The notes: generated by a model from the sequence alone, not told the origin. Numbered from the stretch's first letter, positions 44,770 to 60,640 are shown. The stretch is DNA of 64,000 nucleotides from Eledone cirrhosa (GCA_964016885.1 OZ024759.1:26412001-26476000), one strand, 5' to 3'. Translations and numbers: made by a program.

Positions 44770-45140
44770 CAGACCTTCTAACCTCTAAAAACCCAAACAG
44801 GGAGTACCATGACAAAAAGAACCCTAAAAGAGGGAGAAATGAGACAAAATGGTGAGATTTTACATAATGAAAGCTATGCCTATTTTCACAAGAGAAGACA
44901 TCTCTCCTCCTCCCAAAAGTGGGTGAGAACTCCCCATCGGACTGGGAGAGTTGACAGGTCTGCTTTCTCTATCTATCTGTCTGTATCATCTCTCACCCAT
45001 CCCAAAGTAGATGAGAACTCCCCATCGAACTGGGAGAGATGACAGGTCTGCTTTCTAGCTATCTATCTATCTATCTATCTATCCCAAAGTGGGTGGGAGA
45101 TCTCCCTGTCGGACTGGGAGAGTTCCTAGGTCTGCTGTAG
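44770..45140 (+). repeat. Interspersed repeat with three tandem units cccaaagtgggtgagaactccccatcggactgggagag..aggtctgct
   Basis: The 5' part recurs at 55546-55643 and 56029-56080, split there by SINEs. Confidence 0.7.
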
Positions 45141-45354
45141 ATATAAGTAATGCTCCTAATACCCGTCTTTCTGATCAGTATTGTCTGATTTCCTCTAATT
45201 TCATTGGAAATTTCATTCATTCACCAGCTCCCCTCTTGTTATAGACAGAGGGAGAAATGTCTTGGCTTTCGCATGGAAACGAAATCGCTCATCAAACAGG
45301 ACTAACATGATCATCTTTATCTTTTTACTATTGGGTCCGATAATGGGATCCACG

Positions 45355-45416
<62 letters not shown>

Positions 45417-45420
<4 letters not shown>

Positions 45421-45608
45421 GTAGAAAGGCTTCTACAGGACTGGAACTGTTTCATTCCGGAGAAATCATCAGGACCAACTGATGATTTCTGCGGAATGAA
45501 ACAGTTCTAGTCCTGTAGAAGCCTTTCTACATTAAATATTTATACTCTGCTTTATATTGAGTACCTTACTTAGTGTGGTTACCCCCGATTGAACCCGGGA
45601 TAAACTAA
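45417..45608. mobile_element. Inverted HHR-like pair (arms 45417-45472 and 45479-45534) plus tail
   Basis: catcag gaccaa ctgatga tttc tgcg gaat gaaac. TA flanks. Same family as 49364 and 16790. Confidence 0.7.
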
Positions 45609-45726
45609 TATATATATATATATATATATAATGTATGTAAAAGGTAAACAGAAATAACAACACAATCGGTACAGTATATGGAAGGAATATATTAGGTTAA
45701 CGCTTGAAAAATAGCAGGAAGGGGGG

Positions 45727-45762
45727 TCTTAACGTTTCGGACGCTAGTCCTTCATCAGAAGA
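45727..45762 (-). ncRNA. Minimal Penelope-type hammerhead ribozyme within insert ~45637-45800
   Basis: TCTT-CTGATGAA-GGAC tagc GTCC-GAAACGTT-AAGA, with palindromic loopless stem III (AACGTT). Position 17 would be U, which usually lowers activity. Confidence 0.65.
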
Positions 45763-45842
45763 AAGAATGAGAAATAAAATAGATTGAGTGGATGTGTTGG
45801 TGGAAACTATATTTATAAATATAGTTTCCATTTGTTAATATC

Positions 45843-45918
<76 letters not shown>

Positions 45919-45942
45919 GTGTGTGTGTGTGTGTATATGATT

Positions 45943-45976
<34 letters not shown>

Positions 45977-46208
45977 TATATGATTTATATGTGGCAGTTC
46001 TCTTGCTGTTTAAAAACAAAGGCCTTTTGTAAGTTTTCAAAGAAGATTTCTGGAGTTTCATTAATGGATAATCCTTGTAATATTTTACGTCCTGTCCATT
46101 TCTGTATGAAGCACAGATGTTTGTGGTGGACACTTTGACATCTCGTTGCATTATATATTACCTCAGTCATTAAATATTTTATAGATATTATATATCATTT
46201 ATACATTA

Positions 46209-46790
46209 TACGAGGGTCAGCAGGAAAGTTCATAGATTGACCAAGATACTTTCATGGAATGACCAAATGAGGTTTATTTTTCAGTATAATTCCTAAAAAG
46301 AAACCATGCAGTTATTAAGAAGAAGAGTTTATAGGCTGACCAAGATACTCTCATGGAATGACTAAAAGGTTTATTTTTCAACATAGTTCCCAGAAAGAAA
46401 CAATGCAGTTATTAAGAAGAGTTAAAATAGGCTGAAAAGTTCATGGGCTGACCAAGATACTCTCATGGAATGACCAAAACAAGTTTATTTTTCAACATAG
46501 TTCTTGGAAAGAAAGAACGCAGTTATTAATAAGAATAATTGAAATTAATTCACGCAAGATTTCACAGTTCTAGCATCAATCCTTCATAGGCTGACCAAGA
46601 TACTCCCATGGAATGACCAAACGAGGTTTATTTTTCAACATAGTCCCTTGAAAGAAACCATGCAGTTATTAATAAGAAGAGTTGAAATAGGCTGAAAAGT
46701 TCATAGGCTGACCAAGATACTCTCATGGAATGATCAAATGAGATTTATTTTTCAATACTATCCCCGGAAAAGAACAATGTAGTTATTAAT
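46209..46790. mobile_element. Mariner-type MITE-derived tandem array (sister of 7744-8329)
   Basis: Starts tacgagggtcagcaggaaagttcatagattgaccaag; repeats aggctgaccaagatactctcatggaatga. Confidence 0.7.
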
Positions 46791-46799
46791 AAGGTCTGA

Positions 46800-47428
46800 A
46801 CACAACAGATTTCTTCCAGAGAAGCAGTGAGAGTGAATGGAAGTGAGAAAGAGGTATAGAGGAAGAATCGACTTCACTACTAGACAGATGCATTTCTATC
46901 GACCTCGATTGGATAACAGACAAAGTTGACCACGGTGGCATACTGCGTTTCGTGGGTATTTTAAAACCTGGCAGAACCCATTTCATCTTCATGTCTGAAT
47001 ACTGGAGATTTCTTGCAGAGAGGTATTGTAGAGAGTGGGGTGAGAAAGAAATATAGAGGAAGAATGGACCCCAGTACTCGACTGTTATTGTCTTTGCCGA
47101 CCTCGATTGGATGAAAGGCAAAGTTGACCTCGGTGGCATACGGTGTTTCGTGGGCATTCAAGTCTGAATACTGGAGGTTTCTTGCAGAGAGAAATATAGA
47201 GGAAAAATGGACCCAGTACTTGACTGGTACTTTTTTTGCCGACCTCGTAAGGATGGATGAAAGGCAAAGTTGACCATGACTCGATTTGAATACACAGAGC
47301 AGAGAGCTGAATTGAATACCGCAAAACATTTGACCATGACGCGATTTGAACAGAGAAATCAAAGAGCTGAACCGAATACCGCAAAACATTCTATCCGACG
47401 CTCTAACGACTCTGCCAATTCGCCGCCT
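46800..47428 (-). mobile_element. SINE variant with long ttcctct tail (family D), tandem partial copies
   Basis: ggatgaaaggcaaagttgacc core and tagaggaagaat tail motifs. Related to 63255-63590 and 44595-44725. Confidence 0.7.
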
Positions 47429-47762
47429 CGATATTTAAGTAACAAGACAAAAATAGAAACCAAAAAAATGTGTGAATTAAACATATATCATTGCAAAACA
47501 GTTAAAAGTTATAAGGAACGTAAAGTTTTATGATTTCTAAGACAATCTAGACATTCTATATTTTTTAGTGGAATAAAAGTTGATTGTTTTTTCTTTGTTT
47601 TTGTATTGTTTTGTTTGTTTCATATTTTTTGTGTAAAATTCATGAAAAGTGTGAAATGTTAAGTGTGAAATGTGATAGGTCAATAATTTAGTTGTCAATA
47701 GATTATATAGAATGGCTTTATTCTCCTTTCGATTGTGGTAGTAGAGTTTTAATTATACATCA

Positions 47763-48851
<1,089 letters not shown>

Positions 48852-49273
48852 AATTTCGTCAGGTCCACAGACATGCTTCTTAGAAATAATTAACGAAATC
48901 ATATTTATTATTAGTAGTAGCATTTATGTTGTTTTATTGTTGTTATTACTTACAATATTAACAATAAAATTCTTTCTGATTTTAATTATCGTTTTCAGTA
49001 TATTCTATTATTATAATTATCCAAGTTTATAAAAATGTTTGAATTTTTTCTGAAATATTGTTGTATTTTCATGTAAAATCTAGTCAACAAAACGGCTTCT
49101 GAAATTATCAAGAAAAAGAATATATGTATAGTTGTGTGTATGTATATATATATATATATATATGGGTGTATGTTTGGGTGTGTGTATGTATGTATATATA
49201 TATATACATGGGTGTATGTGTTTGGGTGTGTGTATGTATATATATATATATATACATAGGTGTATGCATTTGG

Positions 49274-49315
<42 letters not shown>

Positions 49316-49329
49316 GTGTATGCATTTGG

Positions 49330-49363
<34 letters not shown>

Positions 49364-49366
<3 letters not shown>

Positions 49367-49550
49367 TGAGATTCTACAGGACTAGAACTGTTTCATTCTT
49401 TAGAAATCATCAAGAATCCTGAGAATCCTGATGATTTCTAAAGAATGAAACAGTTTTAGTCCTGTAGAATCTCATCTATATTAAAACTTTTATACTCTGC
49501 TATGTATTGAGTACCTTACTTACTGTGGTTACCTCCGATTCAACTCGGAA
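49364..49550. mobile_element. Inverted HHR-like pair (49364-49477) plus tail
   Basis: attctacaggactagaactgtttcattc..gaatgaaacagttttagtcctgtagaat. Tail highly similar to 45535-45600. Confidence 0.7.
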
Positions 49551-49563
49551 TATATATATATAT

Positions 49564-49608
<45 letters not shown>

Positions 49609-50103
49609 GTGATATATTTATATATATATATATATATACGTGATATATATATATATGTATAATGAGTTTTATGCAACACATTGAAACACATTATGCAACA
49701 CATTGAAACCAAAATAATTAAATTTCGGAATCCTTATCCCTGGGATGTGAAAGATTATCTTTCTTGCTAGTTTTTGGTGTTTTTTTCTTCTCAAAGCTGT
49801 TGTTTAGTTTAATTACCTCGTTTCGTTTTCTTCTTTCACTAATTGAATGGAATTTGCTAAATGTTTGGAAGAGGCTTTTGGCCAGCATTTTCAACTTACA
49901 TTTCTATGGAATCAGTTCAAATTAATTCGTTGTCAACACACACACCGACACACACACACATATATAAGGATTAGGCATGTAGTAGCAACTTATCTTCATT
50001 ATGCTTATTCACGTCTGACGTGACACGTGTTCTATGATCGACAAGCTTAAGGTACTATTGGTATTGATCGTGCCCGACCTTGGAATCGAAAACTCGTCTG
50101 ACT

Positions 50104-50187
<84 letters not shown>

Positions 50188-50272
50188 AAAAGGTAAACAG
50201 AAATAACAACACAATCGACACAGTATATAGAAGGGATATATTAGGTTAACGCTTGATATAGCAGGAAGAGGG

Positions 50273-50312
50273 TCTTAACGTTTCGGACGGACGCTAGTCC
50301 TTCATCAGAAGA
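50273..50312 (-). ncRNA. Minimal Penelope-type hammerhead, second copy (4-bp duplication in stem II), within insert ~50186-50412
   Basis: Same motif as 45727-45762. Confidence 0.6.
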
Positions 50313-50412
50313 AAGAATGAGAAATAAGATAGATTGAGGGGACGAGTGGGTTGGAATTGGAAAACATGTCTTTAGATAAAAATAACAGGTCCATTTATGT
50401 TAACATCTCTTG

Positions 50413-50466
<54 letters not shown>

Positions 50467-50714
50467 TGACCCTCTTGCTTCTGCTGGACACCACCAAGAC
50501 CGAACTGTGCGTGAAAAGCCACATCCTACACGATGTGCCTCTGATGCGGCTATCATAGGATAGTTTAGCAGGACAAGTCGATTTCTAAAGGAGTAAGGCG
50601 CGATAAAAACCATGCTTGTCTCATAGTACACCGTAGCTCGCGTGATGATCATCAGTTTAATTAGATGACCTAGGTGTAGGGAACACCAGTGGCTTCACAG
50701 ATGATCGACTATTA

Positions 50715-50825
50715 ATTCAACAATGGGTTGGCTCCAGTGAGCGGAGAAATCTATGAGTATGTGCTATTAATTTAGACATGGCCTGAGCCAATACTGGCCG
50801 AAATCTATCAGAGTCATCAAAGTAT
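50715..50825 (+). mobile_element. 3' UTR fragment related to the CR1 LINE at 20281-25290
   Basis: gtgctattaatttagacatggcctgagccaatactggcc matches the reverse complement of 20311-20349. Confidence 0.75.
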
Positions 50826-50858
50826 GCAGGTGTGGTGAACTGTATATATATTCTAGAC

Positions 50859-51025
50859 CAGTGGTTCCCAAAGTGCGTTCCGCAAAGGAATATCTGGGGT
50901 TCCATGAAAAAAAGTAGCGGAGTATATTTATATTACCATCATATAACAGTATTAGATTTTGGTGTTTCCCCAAAAGTTTCTAAACCAAAGAGGGATCCGC
51001 ATTTGAAAAGGTTTGGGATACCCTG
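50859..51025. mobile_element. hAT-Charlie-type MITE
   Basis: TIR cagtggttcccaaa / tttgggataccctg. 8-bp TSD ttctagac / ttctagcc (7 of 8 match). Confidence 0.75.
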
Positions 51026-51549
51026 TTCTAGCCATTAGAAAAGGCAAAATGAATGCTTCGCCGTCGAAAGAGGGGTAGCTCAAGAGGAGAAGAAGCAGAA
51101 GAAGCTAACCTAGATAAAGTTATGGTTGCGACCTTTCTAAACGGAATTGGCTTATCAAATATTTATTAATATTATTATAATTTAGATTGACACCAGAGAG
51201 GAAAAGAACTTTACCATGTGTCTTAGTCTTGCGTCTGACTTTGTTAACTAGATTAGGTATGGGAGAGACCTGGAGAAATATAACATACACACACACATAT
51301 GTTTGTATATGTGTGTACGTACATATGTATGTGTACGCACGGACACACACGCACGCAGAGAGAGAGAGAGAGAGAGTGAATGAATGAATGAATGAATGAA
51401 TGGGAGACGAGTTCATATACTAAGCATATCTGACGACCTTTCGATTGCAGAGTCAGGTTCGATATATAATAGGTCTTGCCTCGAGCTGATCGATAGTGAA
51501 ACATATGTAATATGTTATGATGCAACACTGAATCCTTGTTCCTTATCCT

Positions 51550-51590
<41 letters not shown>

Positions 51591-51615
51591 TTTACACACA
51601 CGTGTATCCTTATAG

Positions 51616-51669
<54 letters not shown>

Positions 51670-51972
51670 AACACGTGTATATGTATGTCTATATAAATGT
51701 ATATATGTATGCATGTCTGACCATATATATATATATATACATTTACATACACGTGTTTTTGTATGTCTATATAAATGTATATATGTATGCATTTCTGACT
51801 ATATGTATATACGTACATATATTTATATATATATATACATTTACACACATACATACATGCATGCATGCATACATACATACATACATACATACATACATAC
51901 ATACATACATACATACATACATACATACATACATACATACATACATACATACATACATACATACATACATAC

Positions 51973-52462
51973 GGAAAACAAATTTAACAACAAACGAGGA
52001 AGAATATATTGAGACAGATGGCACTAAGGAATACTGGTGGAACCTGAAAATAAAAACTGCCACCAAATTAAAGCACAACCGACCTGATATTGTTGTTTGG
52101 GAACACACATTGAATCAGCTGCCCACTTGATGTAAACGTTGTCAGAAAAATACAGGAGAAAGAGGACATCTACGGACCATTGATGATGAGTTTACAAATC
52201 CAGTATCCAAGATACACCTTTAGCTTCATACCCATCATTATTGGAGCTACGGGTTATATACCAACCCGCTTGGACCAAAGTATGACTGAACTTGGATTTG
52301 CGGACAAAGAGCGCAGCTCCCTAATCCATAGTCTACAAATGGCTGCGATAGCTGGCACCTTCAAAATTTGCAAAACATTCTTGCCAATTTCTTTTCTTTT
52401 ATAACCTTGCCACCAGGAAGGTGGCCGATCAAAAAAATATACTCGAAATTAAGAGAAAGAGA
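51973..52462 (+). mobile_element. 5'-truncated R4/Dong-like (restriction-like endonuclease) non-LTR retrotransposon in (CATA)n
   Basis: WWNLKIKTATKLKHNRPDIVVW..SCPLDVNV..KEDIYGPL..IPIIIGATG. (CATA)n at 51868-51972 and 52464-52490. Confidence 0.75.
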
Positions 52463-52684
52463 TAACATACATACATCCACATACATACACATTGAATAGT
52501 TACAAAGGCACTGACGTAAGATATCGCTATTTACCAACTCTTAATTTAGAAACATTGTTTTTAGAACGTCTGTGTATCAACAATATTTCATATTACTTAA
52601 TTCCACAATTCCAGCGATATCCAATATTTTGTATTATCACCAAACACATCAACTCCAATAATGATAATTGTTTCTATTATTGCT

Positions 52685-53700
52685 AATAATTATTTCTACT
52701 TTTGGCACAACGTCAGTAATTTGAAAAGAAAGGAAGGTCAATTAAATCGACCTCAGTGCATAAATGGTACTTTATTTAATCGACCCCTCAAGTAGCTAAC
52801 CTCGGATTGATTTGACTTCAGAACGTCAAGTAGGTTCTCCGATGCTCTATCGATACTGCTAATCCATCGCTCTCTACTAATAATAATTATTTCTACTTTT
52901 GGCACAAGGCCAGCAATTATCCCAGTGTATTACTGGTACTTTAATTTATCGACCCCGTAAGGATGAAAGGCAAAGTTAACCTGTGTGGGATTTGAACACA
53001 TAACGTAAAGGGCCATAAATCTGTGTTGCAAAGCATGGCGTCCGACCCTCTACCGATACTGCCAATCCCCCGCCCTACTATTATTCATAATAATTGTTTT
53101 TATTTTTGGCACAAGGCCAGCAATTACTCAGTACATTACTGGTACTTTATTTTATCGACCCCGTAAGGATGAAAGGCAAAGTTAACCTCGGCGGGATTTG
53201 AACTCAGATCATGAAGGGACGTAACTCTATGCTTAAAAGCATGGCGTCCGACTCTCTACCGATACTGCCAATCCATTGACAATAATGACTTCTTGAATAA
53301 TGGTTTCTGACTTAGACACAATGTCAGCAATTTGAAGGGAAGGGAAAAGTCGATTAAATCGATCCCCAGTGCATTATTGGTACTTTATTTTATTGACCCC
53401 GTAAGGATGAAAAGCAAAGTTAACCTCGGCGGGATTTGAACCCAGAATGTAGAGAGTCGGACCAAATAGTTTCACTAAATTCTAGTGATAATTATGATTT
53501 CTTATTTAGGCACAATGCCAATGATTTGGAGGAGGGGAAAGTCGATTAAACCGACGCCAGTGCGTAACTGGTACTTTATTTTATCGACTCTGTAAGGATG
53601 AAAAGCAAAGTTAACCCCGGGGAGAGATTTGAACTCAGAAGGTATAGAGTCGAGCCTAACCAAATACCGGCACAATAACTATTCTACCAATCCACAACCC
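52685..53700 (-). mobile_element. Head-to-tail array of about five SINE family A copies
   Basis: Matches the family A consensus. Confidence 0.88.
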
Positions 53701-54816
53701 TCTAGTGACAATTCTAATAACAATATTTACATAATTTCACTACCTCTTGTTTTTGGTTTATCTAGAAATTTTTTCTCTTTGTTTATTTAGACGAAATTCG
53801 TTTCATACAACTTCTGTGTAAAGTGTAAATTCGTGCGCAAACACATCTAAATAATATGAAACATAAACGAAGAACTTCATCCTTTTATTTTGATAAGCGA
53901 CGCACCAGTTTATAACAACATAATATTTTCTATCGTTTTAATATATCGTTCTTTTGAATTCGGTCCAATCTCATACAATAGTTTTCGTTTACTTTGTCAT
54001 AGGGAGACAATAGAAGATAAATATAAATAACGTTAACCTTATCTGCGAATCAAATACCGAAATATTTTCGAGGGATATTAATAAAACATTAATAATAATA
54101 ATAATAATAATGATGATATCAGCTAAACTCTGAAGTTCACACCAACATTTTTCTTCTTCTTTTCATACGATATCATATCTAACGGTCACCAATTATGTGA
54201 TTAAGTTATGACATATATGTGTGTGTATGTGTGTGTATATATATGTGTGTGTATGTGTATATATATGTATATGTGTGTGTATGTATGTGCGTATATGTAT
54301 GTATATGTGTGTGTATTTGCGTATATATATGTGTGTATATGTGCTTATATATGTGTGTGTGTGTATTTGCGTATATATATATGTATATGTGTGTATGTGT
54401 GTATATATGCATGTGAGTGTATGTGCGTATATATATGTATCTATTTGTGTGTTTATGTGCGTATATATATATATATGTGTGTATCTATTTGTGTGTGGTG
54501 TGTGTTATTATCGTCCATCAACTTATTTGTTAGCAAATCATTAAAACAAATAACTTTCTCATGGACCCTTTACATGGAGATGAGTGTGGCTCGGCCCCAC
54601 ACTCCCCCAACACCAACATTAACGCAATTATTCAGCATTTACATTGTTCAGCAACTGAATATGGAAGAAGATGATTGATAATAACCTCAAAGCACAATAA
54701 AACAGAGAGGGGGCTGACGATAAAATATGCGCAATACTTCGACATGTTTGGGTTACCATATCCTACAAAAAACTCACCAGAATTTAAACCCTTTTATTCC
54801 CATATATATATATATA

Positions 54817-55000
54817 AGCTCTACTGATGAAGGGTGATACCCAGACACATTAGTGTCTGCAGTTCTGTTTACATGCCAACACAAGAACAAGAATGAGGGG
54901 CTCATTCTACTGACATGGCTTTAAAAATGAGGCTTGTTCGCATAATTGCAAACGAATCGAATATTATTATCAATATTCGAAAAACTCAGATTACATTTAT
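54817..55000 (+). mobile_element. TA-flanked insert with decayed HHR core
   Basis: cta-CTGATGAA-GGGT gat ACCC-a-GACAC atta GTGTC. Confidence 0.45.
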
Positions 55001-55009
55001 TATATATAT

Positions 55010-55261
55010 ATATATATATATAAACGAAAAAGCCTGTCTGTATGCAGGCAATGCATTTCCACAGTTTCCATCAGATTTTGTTCAAATTTGATACATAGGT
55101 TATTTAGCTCCCGAAGCATGTCAACATATAGCTTAAATCATGCTCTCTCCTTAAATTGCAGGGTTCCGGGGTAATTTAAAAACAGCCATGTTGAGGAGTA
55201 AGTGGGGTCTTTATTGACAGTGGCGAAAGGTGTGCCTGGCAAGGACGGCTTTTTTGCTAGT
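55010..55261 (+). mobile_element. Non-autonomous Helitron-like element
   Basis: Starts in atata-taaa and ends with an imperfect GC hairpin followed by CTAG|T. Confidence 0.55.
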
Positions 55262-55639
55262 TTCTTACAAAAGACATTGTCTATCATTCTTAAACCATGC
55301 TAAAAATAATGAAAGTTTTGGATACAATTTTGTTTCCGTTTATTTAAGTGATTCTGATTTAGATCATTTTTACTATGACACCCGTCTTGTTTTGGGGAGG
55401 AAATTTGTATTACTATTTTTTTAAATATATTTTGAACGACTCAGACCTTCAAACCCGTCGGATATAATTCGTCTTTTAGTTAACCCTAAATTCCGTCGAC
55501 AGTCTGGGGAGGAGGGGTGCCCTCTGAGTTTGTTTGTGTGTGTGCAGACCTTCCAACCTCTAAAAATCCAAACGGGCACTACTATGAAAAGAAGTGCCCT
55601 AAAACGGAGAGAAATGAGGCAAAATGGGGAGATTTTAAA

Positions 55640-56028
55640 TAATTTTTTCTACTTTAGGCACAAGGTCAGCAATTACCCAGTGCATTACTGGTACTTATAT
55701 TTTATCGACCCCGTAAGGATGAAAGGCAAAGTAAACCTCGGCAGGATTTGAACTCAGACCGTAAAGGGACGTAACTATGCTGGAAAGCACGACGTCCGAC
55801 TCTCTACCGATACTGCAAATCCACCGCCCTAGGGGAGATTTTAAATAATTGTTTCTACTTTAGGCACAAGGCCAGCAATTGCCCAGTTCATTACTGGTAC
55901 TTTATTTTATCGACCCCGTAAGGATGAAAGGCAAAGTCAACCTCGGCGGGATTTGAACTCAGATCGTAAAGGGACGTAACTATGCTGGAAAGCTTGGCGT
56001 CCGACCCTCTACCGATACTGCCAATCCA
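55640..56028 (-). mobile_element. Two SINE family A copies nested in an older repeat
   Basis: Duplicated ggggagattttaaataat at ~55626 and ~55832 (probable TSD). Confidence 0.85.
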
Positions 56029-56224
56029 ATAATGAAAGCTAAACCCATTTTGACAAGAGAAGACATCTCCCATCCACCTCAAAGTCTGGTAAGCATTTGA
56101 TCAGGTGTCGAAAGACGTGGTACCCACTGAGCAGAAGCCTTCATTATGGCAAGTTCATTGTGCAGAAAATTCTCAATTCTTTCTCACGGGATATGCTAAT
56201 AGCATTGGTTATTTGATTTATAGT

Positions 56225-56249
56225 TACATATATATATACATATATATGC

Positions 56250-56291
<42 letters not shown>

Positions 56292-56308
56292 ATATATATG
56301 CATATGAG

Positions 56309-56345
<37 letters not shown>

Positions 56346-56370
56346 ATATATATATATATATGTGTATATA

Positions 56371-56401
<31 letters not shown>

Positions 56402-56442
56402 GTGTATATATATATGTGTGTATATATATATATGTGTATATA

Positions 56443-56473
<31 letters not shown>

Positions 56474-56482
56474 GTGTATATA

Positions 56483-56515
<33 letters not shown>

Positions 56516-56524
56516 GTGTATATA

Positions 56525-56555
<31 letters not shown>

Positions 56556-56994
56556 GTGTGTATATATATGTGTGTATATATATATATGTGTGTATATATA
56601 TATGTGTATATATATGTGTATATATATATATGTGTATATATATGTGTATATATATATATGTGTATATATATGTGTATATATATATATGTGTATATATGTG
56701 TATATATATATATGTGTATATATGTGTATATATATATATATGTGTATATATATGTATATATATATATGTGTATATATATATATTAGTATATATATGTATA
56801 TATATATATATGTGTATATATATGTATATATCTATATATGTGTATATATATATATGTGTATATATATATATATATACACATATATATATATGTGTATATA
56901 TATATATATGTATATATATATATGTATATATATGTGTGTGTATATGTATATATATGTGTGTGTATATGTATATATGTGTGTGTGTATATGTATA

Positions 56995-57053
<59 letters not shown>

Positions 57054-57788
57054 GTGTATATATATATGTATATATATATATATATATATATGTGTATATG
57101 TATATATATATATATATATATATGTGTGTATATGTATATATATATATATATATATGTGTGTATATGTATATATATATATGTGTGTATATGTATATATATA
57201 TATATATATATGTGTGTATATGTATATATATATATATATGTGTATATGTATATATATATGTGTATATGTATATATATATGTGTATATGTATATATATATA
57301 TATATGTGTATATGTATATATATATGTGTATATGTATATATATATGTGTATATGTATATATATATGTATATATATATGTATATATGTATATATGTATATA
57401 TGTATATATATATATATATATGTGTGTATATGTATATATATGTGTGTATATGTATATATATATGTATATATGTATATATATATATATATGTGTGTATATG
57501 TATATATATGTGTGTATATGTATATATATATGTATATATGTATATATATATATATATATGTGTATATGTATATATATATGTATATATGTATGTATATATG
57601 TATATATATATGTATATATGTATATATATATGTATATATGTATATATATATATATATATATGTATGTGTATATATATATATATATGTGTATATATGTATA
57701 TATATATATATATGTGTATATATATATATATATGTGTATATATATATATATATGTGTATATATATATATATATGTGTATATATATATA

Positions 57789-57827
<39 letters not shown>

Positions 57828-58432
57828 ATATATATATATATATATGTGTATATATATATATATATGTGTATATATATATATATATGTGTGTATATATATG
57901 TGTATATATATATATATATGTGTATATATATGTGTGTATATATATGTGTGTATATATATGTGTATATATATGTGTGTATATATATGCGTATATATATGTG
58001 TGTATATATATGTGTGTATATATATGTGTGTATATATATGTATGTGTGTATATATATGTATGTGTGTATATATATGTATGTGTGTATATATATGTATATG
58101 TGTGTATATATATGTATATGTGTGTATATATATGTATATGTGTATATATATGTATATGTGTGTATATATATGTATATGTGTATATATATATATATATATG
58201 TGTGTGTATATATATATGTGTGTGTATATATATATGTGTGTATATATATATGTGTGTATATATATATATGTGTATGTGTGTATATATATATGTGTGTATA
58301 TATATGTGTGTATATATATAAGTGTGTATATATATAAGTGTGTATATATATAAGTGTGTGTGTATATGTGTGTATATATATAAGTGTGTGTGTATATATG
58401 TATATATATGTGTGTGTGTATATATGTATATA

Positions 58433-58481
<49 letters not shown>

Positions 58482-58548
58482 ATATATATATATATGTGTG
58501 TGTGTGTATATATATATATATGTGTGTGTGTGTATATATATATATATA

Positions 58549-58579
<31 letters not shown>

Positions 58580-58750
58580 GTGTGTGTATGTATATATGTA
58601 TATATATATGTGTGTGTATGTATATATGTATATATATATATATGTGTGTATATATGTATATATATATATATGTGTGTATATATGTATATATATATATGTG
58701 TGTATATATGTGTGTGTGTATATATGCATATATATATGTGTGTATATATA

Positions 58751-58783
<33 letters not shown>

Positions 58784-58808
58784 GTGTGTGTGTATATATA
58801 TATATATT
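56225..58808. repeat. 2.6-kb (TA)n/(TG)n compound microsatellite
   Basis: Directly visible in sequence. Confidence 0.95.
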
Positions 58809-59398
58809 CGTAGGTGACGCAGCATTTTTGATTATGTTTCTGTTGGTATGTATCTATCTGGATGTGTAAGTAACGGCAAACAGGTAAACTTTCAGAAAAA
58901 TCACACTTTTGTGTCTTGGAGACAATAAATTCGCCAACATGATTCTATTTATTGTTTCGATATAGGATATAATAACGAAAGGTGATAGCTACCTATCATA
59001 TCTCTCATTCAACAAGAGTTTCTATAGAAATGGATCTTCATTGTCTAATATATGGTAAGCTTACTATTCCTATAAGTCGCCGGTTTTTCTTCCCAGTCAC
59101 AATGTTCGTATTACTGCTGTTATTGTTGTCCTGTTGTTTCTATGGTTGCCGCCGCCGCCGTTGTTGGTGGTGTTGTTGTAGAATTGGCGTGTCGCATGTA
59201 GTTTACTATAATTGTTTCTACTTTAGGCACAAGGCCAGCAATTACCCAGTGCATTACTGGTACTTTATTTTATCGACCCCGTAAGGATGACTATAATGTT
59301 TTCTGTTTTTGGTCGCGAGATTCGTAAAAGTGTATTTAGTTGGGGCGTCAAAATATATTGAGATATAAGTTTGAATAATTTTTTAATAATTATAGATA

Positions 59399-60040
59399 AC
59401 TAGCAGCAGTACCCAGCGTTGCCTGGGTAGGTAAAATAATATCTGCTTTGATGAAAAGGTGTTGATCTTAGCGACTGCTTCTCGATGACTCATCTATGGC
59501 CATACACAGGCCATGCGAGGGAGGGTGGTGATGACCTCTATTACTGAGAAACGCGGGTGACTGACGAATAGGAATGCTGACCTCTAACACTAAGCCAAAT
59601 TTCCTCACGCTACTTGATTGGATGAATTCTGAAATACACAACTAAAAGCTCAGACGACGTCAGTGGCCATCGTTTTGCCTTTGACCATCTATAAGATGTG
59701 CAATGATAGGTTCTATCGTAGTATCAAAGTTGAACCAAATAAATTGATTTATGTGTGAGGTGGAGCCGAAGTTTCGAATTTGAACGAAATCGGTGGCAAA
59801 ATGTGGGAGCTAGAGCCAAAAATCTTATTTTTCGATATCTAAAAAAAAGGTGACCCCCCCTACCGATTTTTATCTGCAGAATGACCCCGGAATAAAACAA
59901 TCGATACGCTGATATATAGAAAACACTCCCCGATGACTAATCTATGAGACTGTAAAGTTTCATGAAAATCGGTCGTAAGATGTAGGCTCCTATAGGTAAT
60001 ACACAAACACACACACATACTTAATTTTATATATATACAG
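59399..60040 (-). mobile_element. Non-autonomous Helitron/Helentron-like element
   Basis: A|CTAG terminus with nearby hairpin cccagcgttgcctggg. The other end reads ..acacacatacttaattttatatata. Confidence 0.6.
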
Positions 60041-60055
60041 GTATATATATATATA

Positions 60056-60090
<35 letters not shown>

Positions 60091-60528
60091 TATAATTTAT
60101 ATATATATATATATATTCATATAATTTATATATATATATATATTCATATAATTTATATATATATATTCATATAATTTATATATATATATATATTCATATA
60201 ATTTATATATATATATATTCATATAATTTATATATATATATATATTCATATAATTTATATATATATATATATTCATATAATTTATATATATATATATATT
60301 CATATAATTTATATATATATATATATTCATATAATTTATATATATATATATATTCATATAATTTATATATATATATATATATATTCATATAATTTATATA
60401 TATATATTCATATAATTTATATATATATATATATTCATATAATTTATATATATATATTTATTCATATAATTTATATATATATATGTATATATATATTTAT
60501 ATAATTTATATATATATATATTTATATA

Positions 60529-60624
<96 letters not shown>

Positions 60625-60640
60625 ACATATATATATATAC
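60041..60640. repeat. Minisatellite ttcatataattt(at)n
   Basis: About 15 tandem units. Confidence 0.9.

Noticed and set aside
50530-50610. Possible hammerhead at cctctgatgcggctatc
   Set aside because: The core reads CTGATGC and no GAAA follows the hairpin.
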